A stretch of DNA of 64,000 nucleotides, taken from the NCBI GenBank assembly GCA_037310415.1, contig CP147780.1:608001-672000 (forward strand). The letters are read 5' to 3'. A program made the translations under genes and the position numbers. Numbering within the stretch: position 1 is the first letter of the stretch; each line of letters starts with the position of its first letter. This DNA comes from Candidatus Atabeyarchaeum deiterrae (GTDB lineage Archaea; Asgardarchaeota; Atabeyarchaeia; Atabeyarchaeales; Atabeyarchaeaceae). A model generated the notes under the pieces. The model was not told the DNA's origin, ran no database searches, and was given only the letters and a program-made list of their open reading frames with translations. Below are positions 20,120-30,438 of this stretch, piece by piece.

Positions 20120-22249
20120 GTGCCTAGATCGAAGACAGGGAATGGATTCAGTTTGATCATAGCAGAGAAACCAGATGCCGCAAGACGCATAGCAGCTGCT
20201 CTTAGTCAAGCGACTCTTGACAACCCAAAAAGAGGCGAACTGCCACTTTACGAGATTAACAGAAACGGCGACAGAATAAAGGTCATGTCTGCGCTTGGTC
20301 ATCTTTACACATTGAAGCAATCCGGAAAAGGATGGGATTACCCAGTTTTTGAAATGGAGTGGGTACCAAAGTATGAAGTAGAAAAGTCTTCTATCGATAC
20401 CAAACCGTTTATAGAGAAATTCCGCGAGCTCTCAGCAGATGCCGAATCGTTCATTGTAGCAACAGATTACGATATTGAAGGAGAGACAATAGCATACTGT
20501 ATACTCAAATACGCGTGTGGCGAGGACGCTCTGAACAAGGCTAGAAGGATGAAATTCTCGACCTTGACGGACAAAGAACTGATCGAAGCCTATGAGCACA
20601 CGGCACCTCAAATCAACTTTCGAATGGCTGAAGCCGGGGAAGTCAGGCACAGAGTCGATTGGCTGTTTGGGATAAATATCTCTCGAGCCATGATTCTTGC
20701 CATAAAGCATGGCACAGGTAAATACAGGACCATGAGCACAGGACGTGTTCAGGGACCAACTCTTACATACATAGCCAATAGGGAAGCAGCAATAAGAAGC
20801 TTCGTACCGACCCCGTATTGGACGATCAATGCAGAGGCACAGATCAACGGAAAGATCTTTCCATTGGCTTACTCAAAGAATCGGATTTCCACCAAGAGCG
20901 AAGCCCTGCAAATCATTAACCAATGCCATAATAAGAAAGGCAACATCAAGGAGATCGCGAAGAGCTATCTCAAGATCCCCCCTCCATATCCATTTGATCT
21001 AGGTTCACTTCAGGCTGAAGCATACAAGTTGTTTGGCTTTGCCCCAAGCAGAGCGCTGTCGATAGCAGAGAGGCTGTACCTTGCCGCACTAATCTCGTAT
21101 CCAAGGACAGGAAGCCAGAAGATCCCCCAGTCAGTAGATGCGAGAGGCATCTTTCAATCCTTAACTCAACTCCCACAATACAAGTCACTTGCGACGGAAC
21201 TGGCAACTAAGGAGAAACTGGTTCCAAATCAAGGAAGTAAGGATGACCCAGCTCACCCACCAATAACCCCAACAGGAATATTGCCACCAAGGAACGGACT
21301 GCTAGAACCTGAGAGGAAGCTCTATGACCTAGTGGTTCGGCGATTCATGGCAGTTTACGGCAACCCCGCAACAAGTGAGAACATCACAGCAAGTGTAGAT
21401 ATTGATGGGCAGACCTTCTACCTTAAGGGCAGAAGGATATTTGAGATAGGCTGGGTGAAGTTTTATGGGCCCTATTTCAGAACTGAAGAAATCTTATTGC
21501 CTGAGTTACAAAAAGGGCAACCCATTGAAAAGATACGCACACACATCGACGAAAAATCCACTAGTCCTCCCCCAAGATACAACCCTAGCTCGTTGTTGAA
21601 GCTCATGGAAGAGCAAGAAATCGGGACAAAAGCAACACGAGCAGAAATAATGGATACTCTAGCACGACGCGGGTATGTGACTGGTGAGCGCATAGCTATA
21701 ACCGAGCTTGGTTTCGCTGTCGTGGATGTCTTGAGAAAATACGCACCACAGGTGCTCTCCGTTGACATGACCCGACAACTTGAGAAAGATATGGAGAGAA
21801 TCCAATTTGGAGAACTTAGGGGGGAAGAAGTATTTTCGAAAGCCGTATCGTTTCTTAAACCGATTCTTCGAAATTTCAAAGCGATGGAGAAAACAATCGG
21901 AACTGATCTGGATAAGGCTCTGCAGAAAGTCGTCAGAAAGTCAACTGCGATTGGGGCTTGCCCAGTGTGTAAAACAGGGCAGCTTATTATTATAAAATCA
22001 AAGAAGACAGGAAAAAGATTCATAGGTTGCACGAATTACCAGAACGCCCTGTGCAGATTCAGCGCGCCACTTCCACAGTCTGGCGCAATCCAGACGACGC
22101 AAAAACCTTGCCAGTCTTGTGGGTTCCCCACCATCATAGTAAGAATGAGAGGAAAACGACCATGGCAACTCTGCATCAATGGCAAATGCGAGAGAAACCT
22201 CAATAAGCGAGCCGCAAAGACTGCCACTCCGCCCGCTCCATCTGACTGA
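20120..22249 (+). CDS. topA: Type IA DNA topoisomerase
   Basis: IIAEKP, ATDYDIEGE, GRVQGPTL and ISYPRT motifs; C-terminal Zn ribbons. Confidence 0.96.
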   Translation: MPRSKTGNGFSLIIAEKPDAARRIAAALSQATLDNPKRGELPLYEINRNGDRIKVMSALGHLYTLKQSGKGWDYPVFEMEWVPKYEVEKSSIDTKPFIEKFRELSADAESFIVATDYDIEGETIAYCILKYACGEDALNKARRMKFSTLTDKELIEAYEHTAPQINFRMAEAGEVRHRVDWLFGINISRAMILAIKHGTGKYRTMSTGRVQGPTLTYIANREAAIRSFVPTPYWTINAEAQINGKIFPLAYSKNRISTKSEALQIINQCHNKKGNIKEIAKSYLKIPPPYPFDLGSLQAEAYKLFGFAPSRALSIAERLYLAALISYPRTGSQKIPQSVDARGIFQSLTQLPQYKSLATELATKEKLVPNQGSKDDPAHPPITPTGILPPRNGLLEPERKLYDLVVRRFMAVYGNPATSENITASVDIDGQTFYLKGRRIFEIGWVKFYGPYFRTEEILLPELQKGQPIEKIRTHIDEKSTSPPPRYNPSSLLKLMEEQEIGTKATRAEIMDTLARRGYVTGERIAITELGFAVVDVLRKYAPQVLSVDMTRQLEKDMERIQFGELRGEEVFSKAVSFLKPILRNFKAMEKTIGTDLDKALQKVVRKSTAIGACPVCKTGQLIIIKSKKTGKRFIGCTNYQNALCRFSAPLPQSGAIQTTQKPCQSCGFPTIIVRMRGKRPWQLCINGKCERNLNKRAAKTATPPAPSD

Positions 22250-22255
22250 TTACTC

Positions 22256-22525
22256 TCAGAATCCCCCTTCTGAGCCCTCTCTGAGCAGATACTCCGCAAC
22301 TTCAATGACCCATTCTCCCGAACTACCGTTTGCCGCAAGCGACTGAAGGTAATTGCGCTTGACGAGCGCTCCATATGCCTTCAACCATTGCTGGTAGTGT
22401 TGCCGAACATTGTTAAGAGCCGCTTGGTGAGATTGACAGAAAACCTCCTCCTCAAGACCCAACATAGCCTTACAAATGCGACATCTCAGTCCATCTCTGT
22501 CAATGTGAGCATTCACTACAAGCAC
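22256..22525 (-). CDS. Small hypothetical Zn-binding protein
   Basis: CxxC...CxxH followed by WLKAYG...GEWVIEVA. Confidence 0.6.
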   Translation of the reverse strand: MLVVNAHIDRDGLRCRICKAMLGLEEEVFCQSHQAALNNVRQHYQQWLKAYGALVKRNYLQSLAANGSSGEWVIEVAEYLLREGSEGGF

Positions 22526-22632
22526 CTTACATCAGCCCATCTGTGGTGATCGTGTCGGCGAAAAACGCTAATATTACGTCAGATTTATAAACTTCACCAG
22601 TCAATGAGTTAAAGCCAAAGAAGAAGCTGAAA

Positions 22633-23079
22633 ATGTGGCGGCATGTCATGGTTCGAGTGTGGTGGCCGAAATTCATTAGGAGACCGAGATTGAGGCTAAG
22701 CAAGCCAGGCTTAAAATTGCCTCAAAAACCCTCAGGCTCTACCATGTTTGTCTTGTCCCTCGTGTTTGTGTTGTTCGTCTTTGGTGGAGGCGTCTGGGAT
22801 CTCGTCAACAGAAACATCCTGCGACCGATGGGTAGCGACTCATCCGGTAATCCACTGCTGATCTATCCTGGCCTTGATTACCAGTTCATCATAGAGGGAA
22901 TCGTCGCCAGCGTCATGATTTTCATTGGTTTCATGGGGTTTGTTATCTTGTACCAAAGTACGCGCCACGTGTATAGACCAGGCTATGCAAAGCTTCTACT
23001 TGTCTCAGGTATAGTCCTCGTCTTTATGTCCTACCTACTCATGACCGTGATGTTGACTGCCAAGTTCTCGAGTGGCTAA
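22633..23079 (+). CDS. OST3/OST6/OSTC(DC2)-like oligosaccharyltransferase accessory subunit
   Basis: 3 TM helices; GGGVWD...P.G...QFIIEGIVAS pattern. Confidence 0.75.
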   Translation: MWRHVMVRVWWPKFIRRPRLRLSKPGLKLPQKPSGSTMFVLSLVFVLFVFGGGVWDLVNRNILRPMGSDSSGNPLLIYPGLDYQFIIEGIVASVMIFIGFMGFVILYQSTRHVYRPGYAKLLLVSGIVLVFMSYLLMTVMLTAKFSSG

Positions 23080-23098
23080 TAGAGGACTCTAAGATTTC

Positions 23099-23671
23099 CT
23101 ACCAAGGTACTTTCTTAAGCCCCATGAGGTAGCTCACCATGTTTGTTACCAGGTGAATCAGAGGCGTCAGCACGACTAAAATCAAAGCATACTCCGCTTG
23201 AAATGGAAAAGTCAAGGACACAAAAACGAAAGCGCCAAACAGAAATGTAAGCTGATCAAGAAATGGAGCGGGCGCGCCTCTCCTTAAACCCATTCTTCGT
23301 TTAATGAATGAGCCGAGTAGATCTCCCATGAGCGCTCCTAGAGATATCATAAAAGCTCTCAATGGTGTGCATAGAAGGGTGGCAATTGAGATTGCAGACA
23401 GGTTCGTGAGCTCACTAAGGTAGTTTATTGCCCACAAGGAAATAAACGCTTCAAATACTCCGACAAGAATACCGCCGATCAATCCTCCTGCAAAGCCTCT
23501 AATTGTTTTTCCGTCACCAAAGATTCTACGCCTATCTACAAATGATCGACCGAAATCTATTGGGGATCCTCCGCCCACTAGTACAGGCACGGCGTTTGCC
23601 ACATATGCCGGAAAAATAAACCAAAGTGAAAAGACTACTGTGAATATGTCCATCTTCAGAGTATCCTCCAC
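23099..23671 (-). CDS. carS: CDP-archaeol synthase
   Basis: PAYVANAVP, PIDFG, GDGKT, GDLLGSFIKRR and LDQL motifs. Confidence 0.95.
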   Translation of the reverse strand: MEDTLKMDIFTVVFSLWFIFPAYVANAVPVLVGGGSPIDFGRSFVDRRRIFGDGKTIRGFAGGLIGGILVGVFEAFISLWAINYLSELTNLSAISIATLLCTPLRAFMISLGALMGDLLGSFIKRRMGLRRGAPAPFLDQLTFLFGAFVFVSLTFPFQAEYALILVVLTPLIHLVTNMVSYLMGLKKVPW

Positions 23672-23707
23672 GATTCGCTAGTTAAGCTCCAAATCAGGAC
23701 GCCGATT

Positions 23708-24400
23708 CTAGGATGCGCCCAACTCATTAAGTGAGAACTCAACCGACACCCCGACAGGCAATCTGTTGTGTTTTTCGAGTATCACTTTTCTCATTGAGGA
23801 ATCAATGAACCTTTCAAGTCTAAGTTGAACTCTACACCAAGGGTCCACAACCTGAGCAGCCACAGGAGAAAAACCCTCTTTGGGATCCTTGAGAGGATCT
23901 CCCTTTGCCTGATTCAAGACTATGGCGACAACATCAAAACGTTCTGCCACATGCATCATCACAGCCATCTGCCTACACATTTCCATGTTGATACAGACAT
24001 TCTCCTCTCGATCGAGACCCACAGAATATCTATACAGGGATCCAGCGGAGTCAAGGACAATTAACTTCACTTCTTCCTTGACCAGCATCTCAACTGAGTC
24101 AATTGCATCAGACTGATCGGAGAAGGATTGTGGAGACAAGAGAAGGAAATGTGACATATCAATGTTGTTGAATCTGGACGAAATTTGGAGAAAACGTTCC
24201 CTAGGGAAGGTTGATTCCGCTTCTATGAAGATTGCTTTCCAACCCCTAGATATACAGTTCAGGGCACACTGTAATGCTATGGATGTTTTCCCGGAACCAG
24301 CGACACCGTATATGTGGGTCAAGATGCCGCTTTCAACCCCACCACCTAGAAGGTTGTCTATCGGCTTGCAGAGTGTCTCAATAAGCACCAATGCGCTCAA
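23708..24400 (-). CDS. radB: RadB
   Basis: Short RecA-family protein with GVAGSGKT, LDS and C-terminal LEKH. Confidence 0.9.
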   Translation of the reverse strand: MSALVLIETLCKPIDNLLGGGVESGILTHIYGVAGSGKTSIALQCALNCISRGWKAIFIEAESTFPRERFLQISSRFNNIDMSHFLLLSPQSFSDQSDAIDSVEMLVKEEVKLIVLDSAGSLYRYSVGLDREENVCINMEMCRQMAVMMHVAERFDVVAIVLNQAKGDPLKDPKEGFSPVAAQVVDPWCRVQLRLERFIDSSMRKVILEKHNRLPVGVSVEFSLNELGAS

Positions 24401-24507
24401 CCTCGATCACTTTTCGATTCTATTTCAATCAACCATGGGATCATGGTCACATTATTGGAGCCATTGGATCAGATAGGATCGAGGATAAATGACAGTGAGA
24501 TGGCTCT

Positions 24508-26586
24508 TTAGCTTTTTGAAGATGAACCAGACGAATAGAAGTCATTCAACTCCTTAGATATTGCTCCGTCTACGTCAGAAAGAATCTTGTATGACTCGCG
24601 GATCCAAGAGGGGAGCAACTTGATACAAGGAGGCTTCGCGAATCTGTGGTCCAAGAAGAGAACAACGCCTCTGTCGTCAACCGATCTGAAGGCTCTTCCT
24701 GCAGCTTGAGCAGCCTTCCTGAAGGCGGGTATATTGTAACCATATTCTTTGCCTCTATTCGGGAACTTGCTCTCATAGTAGTCAATCGATGCTTTCACTC
24801 GGGGTGTAGGCTTGGCGTAAGGAACGCCAACAACCACCACTGTGTTTAGAAGGTCTCCTGGCAAATCGAGACCCTCAGAGTTCCTCCCTCCTTGAACACC
24901 AAGCAACACTCCTCCACCGCTTGAAGCGCTTTTGCAGAATGATTCAATCAAAACATCGTTCTTATTCGAGGTAGATTCGGGTTGTTCCTTGAATACGGGT
25001 TTCTCCAGAAGGCTCTCAAGACCTGCATTGACCAATCCATTAAGAACATCGTACGATGCAACAAAAACACCTGTGTTGATTGGTGTCGAATTCACCGCTT
25101 CGGAGATACGCAGCGATAGCTTCTCATACATAGAGAGAGATCGATCGCTGAGCGCTGTTGAAACACCTCTGCAAAACACTATGTTAATATTCTCTCTTGG
25201 AAATGGGCAGCCAAAAACTTGACTCTTTGTGTCAGCTGGCAGACCTGCGACATCTACATAGCATTCGATCGGCTCCAGCGTCCCAGACATACTGATGCTT
25301 GAGTGAACTTCAGCAATAACATGGGATGTTATTTGGCTCGGATCAAGGCAGACGATCTCAAGGTTGGCTCGTCTGCTCCCGCCGGCATCATCATCGGATT
25401 TCGTACTTGTTAGGACGTGGACATAGTGTTGTTTAGTGGAAGTTTCCAGCCATCTCATGAGAAAACCGGCGAGATGGTGAACACTCGACCTTGGCAGCTT
25501 GCCTTTCTCAAGAAGAGATTTCTTGATGGACTCACCAGATTCATGTAGGGAAACAAAAAGAGTCTCTAGTTCATCAAGCCCAACTCCATGTTCCCTAGCA
25601 AGTTTCTCGAGTAATACCACACCAGGGAGAGCGACTTCCCTCTCGGGCGCATTGTCTCGTATGTTTTCAACGACCGTGCACACACTCTCGATAAATCTTC
25701 TCGCATGCGATAGTCCAAACCTCCTAGCTTCCTGACCCGCTCCCCTTAAAGCGGCCGTACTCATTCTTTCACTGGCCATGTTGGCGGCGATATCTGGAAG
25801 ATTGTGAGCTTCGTCCATCACTAGAATATAAGAAGAGAGCGGCCGCTCGAAACTCTTGAGCAACGACTGTCTGATTTCATCATGAAGGAGGTAATTGTAG
25901 CTCATTGCAGCGACATCAACTTTGCCCACAATAAGCTTTGCCAGTTCATAGGCACAGAAGCCGTGCACTTTGCTTATCTCTGCAATCTCGTTGAATAGTG
26001 TCGGTTGCCCACTGATTCTTCTTATGACATCTTGAAGATCTTTCCTGTTGGATCTCAATTTCTCGAAGAACTGGCACGATCCACGCTTCTTTAACTCTCC
26101 GCAGATTTCCATTGCAGTCGTAGCATCCAAAGAATAATCCAATATGAGTTTGTTGAAGCATGCCTCGGATCTCCCGCGAATGGAGATGCCGCTCACACCA
26201 CCAGAACACTTCTTGCTGACCACCTTAAGCTCCTCAATTGCTCTGTCACACTCCTTATGGGTCCGCGCAACATAGAGTATTCTGAACCCATTTTCGCTCA
26301 CGAAGGGCAAAGTAGCGGAGAGAACGCCGATAGTCTTTCCTAGACCGCTTGCCGCTGCGACGGCCACATGTTGACCCAGTTTAACTGCTTCGTGAACCAT
26401 GTTTATGAATTCATCTTGGTACAGCCGCACCGATGAATAGGGGAAATAGCTCAAGGGAGTAGGGAGAATAGGCACTAAGGACACCTTTCCTTGCATCATT
26501 ATATTATTGAACAACCAACTATTATAATGCCCTTCTAATGATTCCATGTTAGTTTGCCAACACGTAGCCGAAAAACAAGTCAGCAA
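24508..26586 (-). CDS. XPD/DinG family Fe-S DNA helicase
   Basis: ASGLGKT, Cys cluster, MDEAHN, SGTL, SEGLD and QAAGRAFR motifs; true start likely near 26474. Confidence 0.92.
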   Translation of the reverse strand: MLTCFSATCWQTNMESLEGHYNSWLFNNIMMQGKVSLVPILPTPLSYFPYSSVRLYQDEFINMVHEAVKLGQHVAVAAASGLGKTIGVLSATLPFVSENGFRILYVARTHKECDRAIEELKVVSKKCSGGVSGISIRGRSEACFNKLILDYSLDATTAMEICGELKKRGSCQFFEKLRSNRKDLQDVIRRISGQPTLFNEIAEISKVHGFCAYELAKLIVGKVDVAAMSYNYLLHDEIRQSLLKSFERPLSSYILVMDEAHNLPDIAANMASERMSTAALRGAGQEARRFGLSHARRFIESVCTVVENIRDNAPEREVALPGVVLLEKLAREHGVGLDELETLFVSLHESGESIKKSLLEKGKLPRSSVHHLAGFLMRWLETSTKQHYVHVLTSTKSDDDAGGSRRANLEIVCLDPSQITSHVIAEVHSSISMSGTLEPIECYVDVAGLPADTKSQVFGCPFPRENINIVFCRGVSTALSDRSLSMYEKLSLRISEAVNSTPINTGVFVASYDVLNGLVNAGLESLLEKPVFKEQPESTSNKNDVLIESFCKSASSGGGVLLGVQGGRNSEGLDLPGDLLNTVVVVGVPYAKPTPRVKASIDYYESKFPNRGKEYGYNIPAFRKAAQAAGRAFRSVDDRGVVLFLDHRFAKPPCIKLLPSWIRESYKILSDVDGAISKELNDFYSSGSSSKS

Positions 26587-26645
26587 CTCCGAACTATTGT
26601 CAAATTAGAAATTGGCGCCAACAACGCGGGGAATGTGAATAGAGT

Positions 26646-27011
26646 ATGACTCTAATACTTGGTGAAGAAAAGTGCGACGCAGGCGGAACGGTAGTCTCAG
26701 TATCTGTTATTGGTCTCGAAAACGCCTCGATTGTTCTTGTGACGGACAACAGAAATCAGTACCGAGTTGGAGCTATAGCACTCGCTACGCCAACTTCCGA
26801 GAGGATCGGACAAACCGGACCAACGGCAGTCACCTTGATAGGGGAAGACCGAGAAATTTTGGCCAAAGTTCTTGCTGCAAAGACATCGGCAGACACTGGA
26901 AAGATGGCGCTCTCAATAGTCGGTTTGAGAGAATATGACAATGAAGCAGCAGCCTCAATAATGAAGACGGTTCAGAACATAGTTTCGAAAAGCCAGAGAA
27001 GATTTGCGTGA
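26646..27011 (+). CDS. Hypothetical protein, possibly proteasome assembly chaperone 4-like
   Basis: 121-aa beta/alpha pattern (LENASIVLV...RVGAIALATP); family call is tentative. Confidence 0.5.
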   Translation: MTLILGEEKCDAGGTVVSVSVIGLENASIVLVTDNRNQYRVGAIALATPTSERIGQTGPTAVTLIGEDREILAKVLAAKTSADTGKMALSIVGLREYDNEAAASIMKTVQNIVSKSQRRFA

Positions 27012-27095
27012 TCTGGAAGCTACCCAAGCGAGAATTGGGTTCCGAAGAAGCATAATGGTGAGCTCGAACGTAGTATCGGTAGCCTGCAATATGAG

Positions 27096-28379
27096 TTGAG
27101 AAACATGACGAAAGCCTGGGGATTCATCAAGTGCCCGATTTTTAATTACATTCACATAAATCGTTTAGAAAAAGATCTAATAGACACCTATCCTTTCCAA
27201 AGGCTGAGAAGGCTAAGGCAACTGGTAGGGGCAGAGTATGTATATCCAGGAGCTTGCCATACTCGTCTTGAACACTCACTAGGAGTAATGCACCTAGCGG
27301 AAGAGCTTTCGACCAACATGGCCAAGAACGGAGAACTGACAAAAGACGAGATTCAGGAGGTCAAAATAGCTGCCCTCCTTCATGATGTGGGTCACGGACC
27401 TTTTTCTCATGTCTTTGAGCCAATACTAATGAAGAACCTTCATAAGACACACGAAGACATGAGCACATGGATCATAGGAAAGACTGAGATCGCCCAAATT
27501 CTGAAAAACGAAGGAATCGACCCGACCAGAGTCGGCGAACTGGCTGTCGGAAGGCTTGACAGGACAGAGAAGAGGTATCTGAACCAGATAATATCGAGTA
27601 CCGTAGATGTTGACAAGATGGACTTCGTTGTTAGGGATACGTATCACACTGGCGCAGAATATGGGCATGTTGATATTTTCCGCCTGATATACACAATGGA
27701 CACAATGGACAACAACATAGCCATTGACCTCACGGCATTGACAACCCTTGAAACCTTCATTCTCGCGAGAATAGAGTCCTTCAGGGCAATATACTTCCAC
27801 CGTGTCTCGAGAGCGGTCCAGATCATCCTTGAGAAGGCTATGGACGCCGCGAAAGATGAACTCGGACTAACGAGTTTCGCAGACGTCGATGATTACCTGA
27901 AGCTAGACGATTATACAATGTGGACTCGACTTAAACAGGTGGATGGAAGCAAGCAGATCATCGATATGCTCGAAAGAAGGGTACTCTTGAAACAGGCTTA
28001 CGAGAAAACTTTCCTTGCGAAGGACGAGATGCTAACAAGTGTTCTGACAAATGGGAAGGTTCGGGGGGAACTTGAGAATGAAATTGCCAAGACTGCAGGC
28101 CTTGCGACCGAGCAGGTAATAATCGACGTTCCTTCCCTGCCCTCGGTTGCTACTTCACATGCCCTGCCTCCAGAACAAATGGAGATACCTCTCTTCTACA
28201 AAGACCCTGCAGGTAAGAAACACCCCCGCAAATTGAGTGATGCTTCCAGAATAATAGATGTTCTAAGAGGCTATATGAACATAGTCAGAGTCTACACGGG
28301 CCGGGAAAACAGAGAAGCGGTGAGAAAAGCCTCGGAAAAAATACTTGGGAAGCCCCAGTCACTCGAAATATCATATTAG
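27096..28379 (+). CDS. HD-domain phosphohydrolase (SAMHD1-like)
   Basis: FQRLRRLRQL, HTRLEHSLG, HDVGHGPFSH and DVDKMDFVVRD motifs. Confidence 0.93.
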   Translation: MRNMTKAWGFIKCPIFNYIHINRLEKDLIDTYPFQRLRRLRQLVGAEYVYPGACHTRLEHSLGVMHLAEELSTNMAKNGELTKDEIQEVKIAALLHDVGHGPFSHVFEPILMKNLHKTHEDMSTWIIGKTEIAQILKNEGIDPTRVGELAVGRLDRTEKRYLNQIISSTVDVDKMDFVVRDTYHTGAEYGHVDIFRLIYTMDTMDNNIAIDLTALTTLETFILARIESFRAIYFHRVSRAVQIILEKAMDAAKDELGLTSFADVDDYLKLDDYTMWTRLKQVDGSKQIIDMLERRVLLKQAYEKTFLAKDEMLTSVLTNGKVRGELENEIAKTAGLATEQVIIDVPSLPSVATSHALPPEQMEIPLFYKDPAGKKHPRKLSDASRIIDVLRGYMNIVRVYTGRENREAVRKASEKILGKPQSLEISY

Positions 28380-28427
28380 GCGATATCAAACGGGAAGAAG
28401 TGCAGATCAGAGCGATAGAGACCATTC

Positions 28428-28766
28428 CTATTTTCCCACAACATATGAGCGGACTTCTTCCCAGAGTTCTTTGCGCAATCTGGCGATATCATGTAACTCG
28501 ACTACTTCAGCATCTTTGATGGTGTTCTGAAGCTGTACGACGCTGCCCACCGCGCTGACATTTTCGACGTTGATGGGAAACTCAACATCTAGCCCCTTGA
28601 CAATCAGTTCAACTCGAAGTTCCGGAAGAGCAACTCTTATACTCCTCACAATGCCAACGATCCTAGCGGCTCCGTCTATCACGGCTCTGCCTATCAATCG
28701 CCCTGGCATCGAAAGCTCATACAATTCAGCCTCTGTCTGAGATTTAGTATTCTCGGATGACGCCAA
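28428..28766 (-). CDS. PRC-barrel domain protein
   Basis: LIGRAVID..ARIVGIV...VSAVGSVVQL. Confidence 0.7.
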   Translation of the reverse strand: MASSENTKSQTEAELYELSMPGRLIGRAVIDGAARIVGIVRSIRVALPELRVELIVKGLDVEFPINVENVSAVGSVVQLQNTIKDAEVVELHDIARLRKELWEEVRSYVVGK

Positions 28767-28828
28767 CTTAATACCTCCAACTACTCTGCGAACATAGTAA
28801 TAATAAACGGTAATGTCAAACTATCTTT

Positions 28829-29431
28829 TCAGTTTTTCTGGGATTGTTGGAAACCCTTAACAATGAACACCTCTTCATCGCACCCAGCAGACTTGGCCTC
28901 GAAGTTGATTAAATTCGAGATGATTCTGACTAGATCCTCTGGTGTCGTTCTTCCTAATCCAGCCATTCGAGATACCTTCATCGAGGAAGAGATTAATGAA
29001 ATCCGTAGAAGATAGTGATCCGAGAGCAAACTTGCCGTTCTGCCCGCCTTCAAGTACCGATAGTTAATGTAGACTATGAAATCCAAAGATGAGAGGGTTT
29101 GAGACAACTCTGAAATGCGTTTCACTTCATGTTCATCTACGTAGTTGAAGTATATGCCCTCAGCTATTCCTGCTTCGAAGAACCTCTCTACCGAGAGAGT
29201 TCCCGAATGTCCTGCTGCCGATGTATTAAGACGATCCTTGAGAGTGTTCAGTTTCGCAAAACTATTGGCGATCAGGGTTACGACTTTGTCGTTAGACACT
29301 AGAAGCGAAAATCCAAGGTCAAGAAGAGAGAAACGAGGAAACCCATCATAAGACCCAAGTTTGCTCATCTGATTTCTCAACCCTATGTCAATGGGGGTTT
29401 TCCAAGTTTCGTAGGACTTTGATAGCCTCAA
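28829..29431 (-). CDS. Hypothetical protein
   Basis: About 200-aa ORF in the same strand cluster as its neighbours. Confidence 0.6.
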   Translation of the reverse strand: MRLSKSYETWKTPIDIGLRNQMSKLGSYDGFPRFSLLDLGFSLLVSNDKVVTLIANSFAKLNTLKDRLNTSAAGHSGTLSVERFFEAGIAEGIYFNYVDEHEVKRISELSQTLSSLDFIVYINYRYLKAGRTASLLSDHYLLRISLISSSMKVSRMAGLGRTTPEDLVRIISNLINFEAKSAGCDEEVFIVKGFQQSQKN

Positions 29432-29744
29432 GGAGTGCTAACACCAACTTCGTCAACTGATATAGTTTCGAAGGGTCCTCGGTTTTTCTGATCTCAACTT
29501 CAACGGCCTTTAGCTTTTTCAGGATTGTTCCTGATAAAACAGGAATCGTTGCCTCGATGCTGCCAACATCTGAACGGTTACCAGGGGTGGTAATGGAGGA
29601 TGGTTCTTTAGACACACCACACTTCACACAGAATGTGTTGCCTTCAAATCTAAACATAGGTGAATTGCATACAGGACATGTCTCCTGTAACATAGTAGCC
29701 CCAGACCTCAGCAACTCAGCCATTTTCTTTATTACTTCGACCAT
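29388..29744 (-). CDS. UPF0148 / Sjogren-scleroderma autoantigen 1 family Zn-ribbon protein
   Basis: KKMAELLRSGATML..CPVC..P.F....FCVKC. Confidence 0.9.
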   Translation of the reverse strand: MVEVIKKMAELLRSGATMLQETCPVCNSPMFRFEGNTFCVKCGVSKEPSSITTPGNRSDVGSIEATIPVLSGTILKKLKAVEVEIRKTEDPSKLYQLTKLVLALLEAIKVLRNLENPH

Positions 29745-29876
29745 TAATCAAGGACACCTTCACAGAAAACACTTTTATCGCCAATAGTACTCTGGAACAG
29801 AGTGAACTTAGCATACCTTATTATATATTTCATTGCTAAGATTTAGAGGACGCACTCTAACCGAGGGAGAAGTAAC

Positions 29877-30155
29877 ATGAGTAAGAGAGCAGCTCAGAAG
29901 TACCAGCAAACAGTTGATGAGGTCGTCCAGATACTAAACGGCATAATAAGACCCGAGGCACAAATACCGAGGAATATCAAAAGAGCAGCCAGCACTGCTA
30001 TTGGACAGCTTCAGACAGGAAAGGGAAGCTATGCGTTGAAGGCTTCAAATGCAATATCAGTTCTGGAAGAGGTCTCACAGGATCCAAACTGCCCTCCGTA
30101 CGCAAGGACGATGATCCTACAGGTTCTCGCTAAGCTTGAAACGATACGGGACTGA
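29877..30155 (+). CDS. UPF0147 family protein
   Basis: IPRNIKRAA...AISVLEEVSQDPNCP.YART. Confidence 0.92.
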   Translation: MSKRAAQKYQQTVDEVVQILNGIIRPEAQIPRNIKRAASTAIGQLQTGKGSYALKASNAISVLEEVSQDPNCPPYARTMILQVLAKLETIRD

Positions 30156-30169
30156 AGTAATTAACGAAC

Positions 30170-30309
30170 GCGGGGGTGTCCGAGCTTGGTCAAAGGAGGT
30201 AGACACTATAAAGTGACCTATGCTCAGGACCTACCGGCGTAGAAGGCTGTCATTTTCGTGGCATAGCCTGCGTGAGCCTGCGAGGGTTCGAAGCCCTCCC
30301 CCCGCACCA
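30170..30309 (+). tRNA. tRNA-Leu(CAG) with two BHB introns (30203-30221 and 30243-30275)
   Basis: Removing both introns gives anticodon arm GTAGG-CTCAGGA-CCTAC and variable arm GGCGTAGGCC; CCA encoded. Confidence 0.93.
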
Positions 30310-30438
30310 TTTATAATAAGAACTCATTTTACCATGCCCTGCAACACTGGGACGGGTGAACTAGATATGAATGTTCACTAGGAGAGCTCGCAGTGAATCC
30401 TATTTTATCATGTAGCAGAAACGGACAGTAAAAAAGAA

